From Candidatus Poribacteria bacterium (GTDB taxonomy: Bacteria; Poribacteria; WGA-4E; B28-G17), in assembly GCA_021162805.1 (NCBI GenBank), contig JAGGXZ010000003.1, positions 8,372 through 72,371 of the forward strand: a DNA stretch of 64,000 nucleotides, read 5' to 3'. The notes under the pieces were generated by a model. It was not told the DNA's origin and searched no databases. It saw nothing but the letters and a program-made list of their open reading frames with translations. The position numbers and the translations under genes were made by a program. Below are positions 47,476-56,441 of this stretch, in pieces; position 1 is the stretch's first letter; every line of letters begins with the position of its first letter.

Positions 47476-48081
47476 TCACCTTTTGAAGAGTATGGTCAAT
47501 ATGATGGTGACCCACATCGGGAACAACACGCCGATAATTATCCCCACAAGCCATCTGAAGTTCTTATGTATCTCAGATTTTAGCTCACCTATTTCAGATC
47601 TCAACCCGGTTATCTCCCCCTGCATATCGAGCCTCAGTTTTTCTATCTCGCTCATTATCTCTGACCTCAGCTTGTCCATCCTAGATTCCATTTCCGATCT
47701 CAGCCCATCAATCCTAGTATGCATCTCTGCCCGCATGTCGCTCATCTCGGATCTCAGACCGGTTATCTCACCCAGCATCTCTGATCTCAGCCCGTCGATT
47801 CTAGTATGCATCTCCGCTCGCATGTCGCTCATCTCAGATCTCAGACCGGTTATCTCACCTAACATTTCCGATCTCAGCCCGTCGATTCTAGTATGCATCT
47901 CTGCCCGCATGTCGCTCATCTCGGATCTCAGACCGACAGTCTCTCCTCTCAGCGTATCCGTCTCGGACTTCACAGCGTTGCGTAGATCGCTTATCTCCAC
48001 CTCTATATGGTTCAACCTCTGGTTGATCTGTTCCATTATCCCCTCAAGCCTTGCTGTTCTTTCCTCCGTGGTTTCCTCCAT
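47476..48081 (-). CDS. tandem-repeat coiled-coil protein with a C-terminal TM anchor
   Basis: 201 aa with AGGAGGT 9 nt before the ATG. Three near-identical 29-aa units 'GLRSEMSDMRAEMHTRIDGLRSEMLGEIT', and a C-terminus 'FRWLVGIIIGVLFPMWVTIILTILFKR'. Confidence 0.75.
   Translation of the reverse strand: MEETTEERTARLEGIMEQINQRLNHIEVEISDLRNAVKSETDTLRGETVGLRSEMSDMRAEMHTRIDGLRSEMLGEITGLRSEMSDMRAEMHTRIDGLRSEMLGEITGLRSEMSDMRAEMHTRIDGLRSEMESRMDKLRSEIMSEIEKLRLDMQGEITGLRSEIGELKSEIHKNFRWLVGIIIGVLFPMWVTIILTILFKR
47690..47934 (-). repeat. 87-bp in-frame tandem repeat, about 2.8 copies
   Basis: Units run 47690-47776, 47777-47863 and 47864-~47934, with only a handful of substitutions between them. Confidence 0.9.
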
Positions 48082-48139
48082 TCTTCCACTACCTCCTATC
48101 TATCAGGGGGGCAAAAACTTGTAACAGGCGGGATCTACT

Positions 48140-48760
48140 CTAAGAGGTTTGAACCCTTTCGCCCAGCTTTCTCTCCGTGCCGTTTATAAGCCTTTTTATG
48201 TTGCCTATGTGTCTGATAAGGCCCATGACGGCTATCGCCCCGGCGGCCATGATCATATAGGTATATCGATTCGACCATCCCTCCACCGCCCCGAAGATGG
48301 CGACCCACACGGGGAGACTGCAGACGAAGAGGATGGAGCCGAGCGAGACGTATCTGGTCAATCCCACCGTCACAGCCCAAACGCCCAATCCCAGGAGGGT
48401 CAACATCGGGTCAAGGGCAAGGAATGCGCCGATGGTCGCCGCTATGCCTTTTCCCCCCTTAAACTTCAGATAGACGGTCCAGTTGTGGCCGATGATGGCT
48501 GCCACACCACAGGCTGCTGTGAGATATGGGACTTCACCTCCCAGCCTCGATACGAATCTCGCTGAGATATAAGCCTTTAGGACGTCCAAAACCAACGTAG
48601 CGAACCCCGGTCCGGGACCGGCCACCCGGAGCACGTTGGTGAAGCCTATGTTTCCGCTGCCGTATCTCCGAACATCCACTCTCTTCCAGCCTTTTGCGAT
48701 TATCAGCCCGAAGGGGATCGCTCCGATGAGGTAGCTTAAGAGTAAGGATATCCAGATCAT
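48140..48760 (-). CDS. plsY: glycerol-3-phosphate acyltransferase PlsY
   Basis: 'LIGAIPFGLIIAK...RRYGSGNIGFTNVLR' and 'KGGKGIA'. Confidence 0.9.
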   Translation of the reverse strand: MIWISLLLSYLIGAIPFGLIIAKGWKRVDVRRYGSGNIGFTNVLRVAGPGPGFATLVLDVLKAYISARFVSRLGGEVPYLTAACGVAAIIGHNWTVYLKFKGGKGIAATIGAFLALDPMLTLLGLGVWAVTVGLTRYVSLGSILFVCSLPVWVAIFGAVEGWSNRYTYMIMAAGAIAVMGLIRHIGNIKRLINGTERKLGERVQTS

Positions 48761-49143
48761 CCTCCTCCCCCCTCAAGGCGGGCTTTGATCCTCTCCTTCA
48801 GCTCCGTCAGATCGCCCGACTTTATCACATAGTCATCCGCGCCCCACACCACAAGATCCCGCTTATGGGTTCCGTATGCGGTACAGATGATGATCGGCAC
48901 TTTCTTGTCCTTCTCCCTGACCCTGGTCAGGAATTCTATCCCATCCATATTAGGCATACGGATATCAAGGGTTATGAGGTCGAACCTCTCCTTGGAGAGC
49001 TTATCCAGCGCGTCAATCCCGTCCTCCGCCACGACCACCTCATATCCCTCCTCCTCGAGCTCCATCTTCAACAGTTTCCTTATGCTGAGCTCATCGTCTA
49101 TCACCAGAATCCTTTTCCTCTCGTCCATCCTTATCCCCCTCAT
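48757..49143 (-). CDS. stand-alone response-regulator receiver domain
   Basis: 'ILVIDDELSIRKLL', 'DLITLDIRMPNMDG' and 'IIICTAYG..K' give the CheY-like D/D/T/K pattern. It has 4-nt overlaps with both neighbours. Confidence 0.85.
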   Translation of the reverse strand: MRGIRMDERKRILVIDDELSIRKLLKMELEEEGYEVVVAEDGIDALDKLSKERFDLITLDIRMPNMDGIEFLTRVREKDKKVPIIICTAYGTHKRDLVVWGADDYVIKSGDLTELKERIKARLEGGGG

Positions 49144-50342
49144 CCTGGCTGTGATATCTTATCCTTCAACCTATTTATATAACCCTCGTCTATCTCGTTT
49201 GACGGGTGAGCCGGTTCGGAATGCGGCTCGGGGAAGTCTTTGAGCAGTCTCTCATACTCCTGAATAGCCTTGACGTAATCGCCTTTCTTCTCGTAGATCC
49301 TACCTATGGCATATTGTGCGCTGCGGCGGGTATCGTAATCGAGGGATTTATTCTCGGCGATCTTTCGATACATCTCCACCGCCTTTTCCGTCTGTCCCAG
49401 ATTCACATAGATCCGCGCCATCACCTTGTAGGCGGTGCTGAGGAACTTCGTGCTTGGGTATTTCTGCAGGAGATTTTGAAACTCCTTTAAGGCTTCCTCT
49501 CTCTTGCCCTCCACGTCGTATGTCCAGGCTATATTGAACTGAGCCTCCTCCGCCATCTCATCGTTCGGATATCTCTCGACCACTTCTCTGAAGGATTCTA
49601 TGGCGTCCTCATACTCCTTCCTGTTGAAATGTATGAGTCCTATCTGAAAGAGCGCCTTGGGGGAATATTTCTCGTTGGCGAGGTCAACCAGGTTTTTGAA
49701 CTCCACAAGCGCCTTATCATAATCCTGCTCGTTATAGTATATCATGCCTATGTAGAACCTCACGGCCGGCATAAGCTCGCTGCTGCGGTACTCCTCCTCG
49801 AATTTCGTGAACTCCTCCATCGCCCTCTTCCAATCCTGCAGTCCATAGTAACACATCGCCCTGTTGAACTTCGACTCATCCACGAGCGGGCTGGTGGGAT
49901 ATTGCTCGATAAGCTGTGAGAAGACCCTCATCGCCCTGTCGTAATTCTTCTTCTTGAAATGGCCCATACCTATGGCGTAGAGGGCGTCATCCACATAGTC
50001 GCTATCCGGATATTCCCTTATGAGCTTCCTGAAAAGGATGAAGGCATCCTCATCGCCGGGAGGGATTCTAGAGGCAAGAGTGAAGAGGGCGTCATCGGCA
50101 ACGGAGCTATCCCTGTATTTCTCAAACACCTTTCTATAAAGGCCGAGCACCTTCTTGAGCCGTTTGGGCTCATCGGAGCTGACCGGAGGGGTATCAAGTT
50201 TGACCGCTTTCTGATAGGCTTTGGCAGCGTCGTCATAATAGTTACGAAAATATCTGTCCTCGCTCATCATAGCTCGCCCGATGAAAATCCCCAGGACAAA
50301 GGCAGCTAAGACGATGGCCTCGATGATGTAGAACTTCTTCAC
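49140..50342 (-). CDS. TPR-repeat protein with an N-terminal TM/signal anchor (YbgF/BamD-like)
   Basis: 400 aa with repeated 'A.Y..G..YY....Y..A...F' TPR units. GTG start with GGAGG 6 nt upstream. Confidence 0.75.
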   Translation of the reverse strand: MKKFYIIEAIVLAAFVLGIFIGRAMMSEDRYFRNYYDDAAKAYQKAVKLDTPPVSSDEPKRLKKVLGLYRKVFEKYRDSSVADDALFTLASRIPPGDEDAFILFRKLIREYPDSDYVDDALYAIGMGHFKKKNYDRAMRVFSQLIEQYPTSPLVDESKFNRAMCYYGLQDWKRAMEEFTKFEEEYRSSELMPAVRFYIGMIYYNEQDYDKALVEFKNLVDLANEKYSPKALFQIGLIHFNRKEYEDAIESFREVVERYPNDEMAEEAQFNIAWTYDVEGKREEALKEFQNLLQKYPSTKFLSTAYKVMARIYVNLGQTEKAVEMYRKIAENKSLDYDTRRSAQYAIGRIYEKKGDYVKAIQEYERLLKDFPEPHSEPAHPSNEIDEGYINRLKDKISQPG

Positions 50343-50470
50343 GGTTCGCCTCCGAAGAGGAATTGGAAAATCTAAGTGAATTCTAGCATCGAGATGGATT
50401 GTATGTCAAGAGCTGGTTACTAGTATACGCTAAAACCCAGGTGAAATCAAGCAGCCCGGATCGTTAAAGC

Positions 50471-50500
50471 TTGAGCCGCGATAACCGTTGATGCTATAAT
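50471..50500 (+). promoter_or_regulatory. candidate promoter TTGAGC-N18-TGCTATAAT with no intact gene behind it
   Basis: Extended -10 TGCTATAAT at 50492-50500 and -35 TTGAGC at 50471-50476. It is followed only by a 9-codon ORF and the sulfatase remnant. Confidence 0.35.
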
Positions 50501-50540
50501 GCGATTGAATATGGCTAAAGATACCGGAGGGAAGAGATGA

Positions 50541-50825
50541 ATTTCCACCTCACAGATCATCGCCGTCACATCGCCCGGGCTGTCCGATAACCCCAAAAGA
50601 CCGGTCTGCTCCAGCATAACGGACGGCATCTGGACGCTTCATTACAGGGGACCGGATTATCCGGCGGAGCTTTACAACATCGAGGACGATCCGGCTCAAG
50701 GGCATAATCTCTATCCCGAGCGGATGGAGGAGGCGAAACGGCTTCACGACGCTTACCTCGAACTACTGAGACATGTTGGAACCGATGAGAGGAAGATATC
50801 GCTGCGCGAGAGATTGCCCAGGTAA
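50541..50825 (+). pseudogene. C-terminal remnant of a sulfatase
   Basis: Own translation: ...DGIWTLHYRGPDYPAELYNIEDDPAQGHNLYPERMEEAKRLHDAYLELL...*. The 'ELYNIEDDP.....NL' pattern is the typical arylsulfatase C-terminal signature. There is no start, and a stop lies immediately upstream. Confidence 0.5.
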
Positions 50826-50843
50826 CCGCTCCGTTTTCCTCAC

Positions 50844-50872
50844 TTGACAGGGGTTCGAGCTTGTGTTAAGAT
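50844..50872 (+). promoter_or_regulatory. candidate promoter TTGACA-N17-(TGT)TAAGAT for the LamG gene
   Basis: Consensus -35 at 50844-50849, 17-nt spacer ending in TGT, -10 TAAGAT at 50867-50872. An AAGGAGG RBS precedes the ATG at 50905. Confidence 0.45.
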
Positions 50873-50904
50873 GACACCGAATATCACACAAGGAGGTTAT
50901 CCGA

Positions 50905-51693
50905 ATGAGAGAATCTTGGATCGTTTTAATTCTCGGTGTGATGCTCCTGACGAGTCCGATGGCGATAGGCGACCTAGATCCTTCCATCGTGATCTATTTC
51001 TCCTTCGATAAGATCGAGGGCGATAAGGTCCCTGACCTCTCGGGCAACGGAAACGATGGAACGATCCATGGTGCTAAGGCGGTAGACGGTAAATATGGCA
51101 AGGCGTTGGAGTTTGACGGCAAGAACGCCTATGTCGAAGTGCCTGCCAACCCCACTTTAGATATCTCCGACGGGATAACGCTGATGGCGTGGATCTTCAA
51201 GCCTGAGATACTGCTTGGAAACCTGGGCGAGACGATCATATCCAAGAAGCAGGGTGGCGCGTACTGTCTGGAAGTCAGCGGCTGGGAGAACGCTGTACCG
51301 GAGAAGCTGGACTCCGAAATGCGGATCTCCGGCACTTACCACAGAATCGCCGATTCAGATCCGCTCCCTCTCAATAAGTGGGTGCATGCGGCGGTTACCT
51401 ATGATGGCAAAAAGATACGGTTATACCGCGACGGCAAACAGGTGGCGGAGGGAAATTGGCCGGGGAAAATAGACATAAACACCGCTAACCTTTACGTCGG
51501 AGCCGAGTCGGACGGAGCCAAACCGGATGCAAGGCACGGCCGGTTTAAGGGGATAATAGACGAGGTGATCGTCGCCAATCGTCCGTTCTCAGAGGATGAG
51601 ATCGGGGAATATATGACGGGATTCACCCCTGTCACCTCAAAGGGGAAGCTCACCCTGATGTGGGGTAAGATCAAGACGGGTTGGAGTCGGTGA
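50905..51693 (+). CDS. secreted LamG-domain (concanavalin A-like lectin) protein
   Basis: Signal peptide 'WIVLILGVMLLTSPMAIG', 'DLSGNGNDGTIHGAKAVDGKYGKALEFDG', 'ITLMAWI', 'GIIDEVIVANRPFSEDEI'. Confidence 0.75.
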   Translation: MRESWIVLILGVMLLTSPMAIGDLDPSIVIYFSFDKIEGDKVPDLSGNGNDGTIHGAKAVDGKYGKALEFDGKNAYVEVPANPTLDISDGITLMAWIFKPEILLGNLGETIISKKQGGAYCLEVSGWENAVPEKLDSEMRISGTYHRIADSDPLPLNKWVHAAVTYDGKKIRLYRDGKQVAEGNWPGKIDINTANLYVGAESDGAKPDARHGRFKGIIDEVIVANRPFSEDEIGEYMTGFTPVTSKGKLTLMWGKIKTGWSR

Positions 51694-51694
51694 A

Positions 51695-53647
51695 TCACCA
51701 TCTGAGATACACCACTCTGATCCCCATGGCCGAGCTTATGATGCTGAAAATGGATGCTGTCATGGCATCGCCCATTATCAAACCTAAAAAGAAGGGCATC
51801 GCTCGTCTGTATCCCTTTGCTCCGCCATAGCTGAGGATGAACCGCTTGGATAACCAGGCTATGAGGATCGGAAACCATAATCCCGTAAACGTCCACCAGC
51901 TCGAGACGACATATCCGACCGGATGAAGCGGAAACCACAGAAACCTCTTCCGCAGGTTCAGAAGGGATACGGTGAAGAAAAATCCGACTCCCGTGAAGAT
52001 GATGTTGTTTTTATTCGGTCCTGTAGGATTATACATCCACGATGCCAGACGGTTATAGGCGGCCCTTGCATACCATGACCTGCACAGATCCAGCCCGAGG
52101 TGATATGATATGTGCAGATGACCCCACGCCGCCGTGATCGTACCGAGAAGAGCTCCCAAGATCAGGAAGAACGCCAGCCTTCGGGCGTTGACCTTGGTCT
52201 GTCTTGCGAGCCACAGCGCCTCCAGTTGATGGGGCATGGGATGGGCCCGATAGGATAGGTGGTTTATCCAGAAGAAGAGCGTCATCGCACTCAGGCTTTC
52301 CTTTCCGATTCGTCGTGTGCCCAAGAAGGAGGTCAGGATGGTATCAGGACCGGCGTTATAGAAATCATGCGCGGGCGGACCGAGCTCGGCTCTGACGCGG
52401 GTGACCGTGATCGACATGGCGAGATATATCCCGAAGAAGAGCAGAGCGAACCACAACGACATCCCCATCCTCCATCCAAATATGATCATGAAGGTTGAGC
52501 CCAGAATCGCCCCCCAAACCGCCATCCTGTACCTCATCGCCTCTCCGGTATCGTCGATCCTCTTTTCCCTGCCGAAGGCCGATCGGAAAACGGAGAGGAA
52601 ATATCGCCTGCCGCTCCATATGGCGAATATGAAAAGGCCGATCCATGTTCCCTGCAGCTGTGCCGTGCGAAACGGAAAACCCACCGCCCGCCATCCCATG
52701 GCGCTCCCCAGGACCCTTTCAAAATGCCAGAACAGATGGAAGAACCAGCACGAAAAGGCGAGATCGAGCGGTATGAAATATCCCAGCCCTATAGCGAAGG
52801 GGAAGAGGGAAAACCCCAGCCCTGGGCTGTTCATCGCATTCCAGGGCTTCTCTGAGAAGTGAACCTCCTTGTATAGGGGCAGAAACGGCATCTGCGGGAA
52901 GATCTGACCCAGTTCGCTTATAGCGTTTATGGCGGAAGCTATGCCAAATCCCAGCCACATCAATCTATTACGGAACAGGTTCAAATCCGACCTCTCCTTC
53001 GTCATCTCAAGTGGAAGACGCACGATCGGATAGGTTAATTTCTCATGTTCGCTCCACCGCTTTCTCAGTATCACGCTCAAACACAGCATCGTGAAGCTCA
53101 TCACCCCGATAAACCCCGTCCATATGGCCAGCGGTCTCACCCACGGCCGCCAGTGACCCGCCTCGTATAGCGAGGAGTTCCCCTCGTAAAACCCGCGCAG
53201 TATCTTCCTATCCGGCACCACCAGCCATTTGGGCAGGTAACTATGAAACAGCTCCGCCCATTCGTTTTCAGGCCTCGCATACCAGAATCCGTTCCCCAGA
53301 AGCGGCACCAACACTTGGATCATATCTCGCCCAGCGAAAGCCGAGGCCTGACAGAGCATGGCGTATATCGTCAGAAGCTCCACCTGACTCAGCGCCCCGC
53401 GGGGTATAATCCTCCTGATCAGCGAATTGAGCGCTATGAGGATAAGCATGATGAATATGACGTTGAAAAGAAGTGCTATGCTGGTGGGCCTGTTTGAATC
53501 GAAGACATAACTCAGATACAGAATCCAGTAGCTGTTAAAGGGTATAATCAAGATCGCTATGAGCGCCGACCGGAAGGAAACTCGTTCGTAATGATGGGCC
53601 TCTTCCTTCAACTCCACCCCCTTAACTCCATCCTGTAAAACCCACAC
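51695..53647 (-). CDS. hypothetical polytopic membrane protein (12 or more predicted TM segments by eye)
   Basis: 650 aa, hydrophobic throughout, GTG start. I cannot confidently name a family. Confidence 0.7.
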   Translation of the reverse strand: MWVLQDGVKGVELKEEAHHYERVSFRSALIAILIIPFNSYWILYLSYVFDSNRPTSIALLFNVIFIMLILIALNSLIRRIIPRGALSQVELLTIYAMLCQASAFAGRDMIQVLVPLLGNGFWYARPENEWAELFHSYLPKWLVVPDRKILRGFYEGNSSLYEAGHWRPWVRPLAIWTGFIGVMSFTMLCLSVILRKRWSEHEKLTYPIVRLPLEMTKERSDLNLFRNRLMWLGFGIASAINAISELGQIFPQMPFLPLYKEVHFSEKPWNAMNSPGLGFSLFPFAIGLGYFIPLDLAFSCWFFHLFWHFERVLGSAMGWRAVGFPFRTAQLQGTWIGLFIFAIWSGRRYFLSVFRSAFGREKRIDDTGEAMRYRMAVWGAILGSTFMIIFGWRMGMSLWFALLFFGIYLAMSITVTRVRAELGPPAHDFYNAGPDTILTSFLGTRRIGKESLSAMTLFFWINHLSYRAHPMPHQLEALWLARQTKVNARRLAFFLILGALLGTITAAWGHLHISYHLGLDLCRSWYARAAYNRLASWMYNPTGPNKNNIIFTGVGFFFTVSLLNLRKRFLWFPLHPVGYVVSSWWTFTGLWFPILIAWLSKRFILSYGGAKGYRRAMPFFLGLIMGDAMTASIFSIISSAMGIRVVYLRW

Positions 53648-53705
53648 TTTGAATTTTACTATTCGAAGAACATGCTGTCAAAGCTCAAGTCGGATCATCA
53701 CATAA

Positions 53706-54125
53706 TTACATCCTCCATCGATATCCGCACTCATCACATCTCCATTTTCTTTTAAGGAGTAGGAACGGTATACCTAGGAATAACCACGAAAGATACATAA
53801 ACCGGCGCGAGTATCTCTCATAATGGACGTTGGCGGAATTACATCTAGGGCATCGGGGCCGCATGGGACCCTCATCTAGCTCCTCCCAATCTGAAACCTC
53901 GACATCGGATGGCCCCATGCTGAGGATCTCCGAGGCTCTTTCCAGATCGGACTCCCTCACCTGTAGCTTAACTCCTCCAACGGCGTTCGAATAGAGCCAG
54001 TTAACGGTGACGATGAATTCGTCAGAGAGGAAACACTCTATCCCACTTGATTCCAGTCTGGATTTAGCTAGATGAGCCTTAAAGGGATTATCGAAGGTCG
54101 CAACTGTAATAAACCTTTCGGGCAT
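53706..54125 (-). CDS. DUF2007-like small protein with a zinc ribbon and a TM segment
   Basis: The N-terminus 'FKAHLAKSRLESSGIECFLSDE' looks like the putative signal-transducing DUF2007 fold. Also 'CPRCNS...' and '...CDECGYRW', with a hydrophobic 'MYLSWLFLGIPFLLL' between them. Confidence 0.55.
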   Translation of the reverse strand: MPERFITVATFDNPFKAHLAKSRLESSGIECFLSDEFIVTVNWLYSNAVGGVKLQVRESDLERASEILSMGPSDVEVSDWEELDEGPMRPRCPRCNSANVHYERYSRRFMYLSWLFLGIPFLLLKRKWRCDECGYRWRM

Positions 54126-54155
54126 CTCCCATCACCTCTGGATCATTGAAAGGCT

Positions 54156-55208
54156 TTATTCGATCAGGCGCGATTTGAGAACCCCGATCCTTTCAACAGG
54201 TGTAGGATTTTCCTCATTCAAAACGGCAAGATAGAAGCTGACGAAGTCGCCGATGTATATCAGCGAAAGCAATCGAGCCAAAATCCCCTCTCCCCTTGAG
54301 AATACCTCACTTATTCCGTCCGGGTATCCCTCGATAAGCTCTTTAGTGATATCCATTCTCCTCTGAACGCGTTCATGGTCAAATCTATCACGCAGCAGGA
54401 TCACATGAAGCTTACCCAGAAGCCCGGCGGGATGCCTCCATCCCTCGATCTCGTTGTGATTCATCTCCGGGAAGCAGTTACCATAGGCAAGCGACTTGCT
54501 GTTTTCACTCATTTGCCCCTTCCATCTGACATAAACAGCCTCAAGATCCTGGGAGGCGTAAAAGATGGGTATCTTACCGTAGATCCTTCGGGCGATCTGA
54601 ATAGAGAGATTATCTGGATTTTGGGGGCTCAGCTCCTGCGACATACCCTCCAGTATCGAGATCGCCTCATCCAGCTCATATTTGAGATTGAAGTTCGGGG
54701 CGAATCCAAGGCGACAGATTGCTGTCAGGACGGGAATGAAGGTATATCCCAAGGCACATCTGGGCGGCATTCCGGAGGGTATTTTAATAGTGGGGATATA
54801 GTAGTCAACGGCAAGCCTCTCTAACTCACCGTTGCTCGTTATCGCCATGCACATCGCCTCTGCCTCTATCGCATCACGAAACGCCTCAATGCTTTCCTCG
54901 GTATTCCCCGAGTAACTTGAACTGACAAACAGCGTTTTCTCGTTTACGAACTCGGGTATCGAGTAATGTCTGTTGACGATTATCGGCACGACGGTGTATC
55001 GATTCAGAACGCAACGGATCAGATCTCCGCCTATCGCAGAACCGCCCATACCTGATATGACGATATTCTGAGCGTATCTGTAACTTTTCGGTAGATCGAC
55101 GCTTAATCCTATTCGATATGCCTCACGACACTGATTGGGAAACCCAACAAGCAGCTCAAGCATGTTTTCGGTATCATACTGCGCTATAGCCCTTTCATTC
55201 AAGTCCAT
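54156..55208 (-). CDS. bifunctional phosphoglucose/phosphomannose isomerase (SIS domains)
   Basis: 'ISGMGGSAIGGDL', 'FVSSSYSGNTEE', 'CFPEMNHNEIEGW' give a PGI/PMI family pattern. Confidence 0.8.
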   Translation of the reverse strand: MDLNERAIAQYDTENMLELLVGFPNQCREAYRIGLSVDLPKSYRYAQNIVISGMGGSAIGGDLIRCVLNRYTVVPIIVNRHYSIPEFVNEKTLFVSSSYSGNTEESIEAFRDAIEAEAMCMAITSNGELERLAVDYYIPTIKIPSGMPPRCALGYTFIPVLTAICRLGFAPNFNLKYELDEAISILEGMSQELSPQNPDNLSIQIARRIYGKIPIFYASQDLEAVYVRWKGQMSENSKSLAYGNCFPEMNHNEIEGWRHPAGLLGKLHVILLRDRFDHERVQRRMDITKELIEGYPDGISEVFSRGEGILARLLSLIYIGDFVSFYLAVLNEENPTPVERIGVLKSRLIE

Positions 55209-55468
55209 TCTCTCCTCCTTTAGAATCCATGCGAGTACACGAATAAATTATACTTTCGCTGTTGCCATGAGGCAAGGGTAAGCCAGGACTTCTCAAAATT
55301 CCAACACTATTCTCTCGAAGCTTTCGCGAAGTTCTGCACCATCCTGGCGGCGCCGATGAACCTGATCTTTGCCCTCCTCTTCGCCGGATTGGTCCTGGAC
55401 GAGACGGTGATGGGATGTTTCTGGGCGCTTATGGGACTGGCCTTTAGAATACCCATCTACAGTTGGTT

Positions 55469-56350
55469 CTAGACCGATTCCTCCGAACGCCTGTAGATCC
55501 TGTAGGTCGGATATGCCAGCTCCACGTCATCCCTCTCGGAAAAAGCGTCAAGTATCTGCGTCGAGATCTCGACCTCAGATGAGCGGCGTTTGTGAACCTC
55601 GGTCAGATATCTGAGGGTCAGCTTCACGCCATAATCGGATATCGTGACGTAAACTATCGGCGTGAGATATCGATAGTAGATCATATACCGCTTGCTCATC
55701 GCGTGAATCTGCCGCTGAACCCGTTCTTTAACCTCCTCGTTGAAGTTCTTGTACGCGATATCGGTGATGATCTGTCTCGCCGCCTTCCAGTTGCTTTCAA
55801 ATGTGACGACGAGGGATATCTCGTTCCATATGAAGTTGAATCCCTTGGTGTAGTTGAAGACGTTCTGTGTGAAGATGGTACTGTTCGGACAGGTGACGAG
55901 ACGACCGGTGCTCTGCTCGGCCTCAACCCACTCGCCGACCTCAAGCAGTGTCGTCCAAAAGAGGCTCACGTCCACGACATCCCCCTTGATCTGGCCGATC
56001 TGCACCCTATCGCCAGGTCTGTAGGGGCGTCTGATCATGATGATCAACCATCCCGCCATGTTGAGGATCGTCTGGTGAAGGGCCAGAACGCCGCCCCCGC
56101 TCACAGCGCTTATGAAAACGGCGGCGTTCGATAGGGAGCTCAACCAGATCAACGTCAGCACGATGACCGACAGGAAGGTTGCTCCGTAGAAGGCGATCTT
56201 GTTCGCGGCATACCGTTTTTTGGGATCGGTTATCTTCGAGAAGAGGTATCTGCGCAGCAAAATGAGCACGGTGTAGATGACGGCGAGGGTGATGAAGGTG
56301 GCTATGAGCTCTTTGGTAGTATAGGCCGAAAAATCGATTCCCAACCTCAT
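55469..56350 (-). CDS. MscS-family mechanosensitive channel
   Basis: N-terminal TM helices, then 'RRPYRPGDRVQIGQIKGDVVDVSLFWTTLLEVG'. Confidence 0.8.
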   Translation of the reverse strand: MRLGIDFSAYTTKELIATFITLAVIYTVLILLRRYLFSKITDPKKRYAANKIAFYGATFLSVIVLTLIWLSSLSNAAVFISAVSGGGVLALHQTILNMAGWLIIMIRRPYRPGDRVQIGQIKGDVVDVSLFWTTLLEVGEWVEAEQSTGRLVTCPNSTIFTQNVFNYTKGFNFIWNEISLVVTFESNWKAARQIITDIAYKNFNEEVKERVQRQIHAMSKRYMIYYRYLTPIVYVTISDYGVKLTLRYLTEVHKRRSSEVEISTQILDAFSERDDVELAYPTYRIYRRSEESV

Positions 56351-56441
56351 CTGATCTCCTCACTCACTTAAACGAGATTGCTCTTACTTTCCTTGAGTGT
56401 AATATCCATCTATGGCCAATTGTCCACCGTCCACAGCTCGA

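Noticed and set aside
47690-47934. Tandem repeats considered as a possible CRISPR array
   Set aside because: The units are directly adjacent (87 bp, no unique spacers), in frame, and lie inside a well-supported coding sequence. No cas genes occur in the window.
47357-48124. 255-aa plus-strand ORF with Ser/Leu/Ile-rich repeats
   Set aside because: It is kept open only because the 87-bp repeat is in frame on both strands. The minus-strand ORF has an AGGAGGT RBS, a sensible coiled-coil sequence and a C-terminal TM helix.
55356-55472. 38-codon hydrophobic ORF (MNLIFALLFAGLVLDETVMGCFWALMGLAFRIPIYSWF) in the PGI / mscS spacer
   Set aside because: There is no convincing RBS. The open frame extends upstream without a start, so it may be the tail of a degraded membrane-protein gene. 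The evidence is insufficient to call either a gene or a pseudogene.
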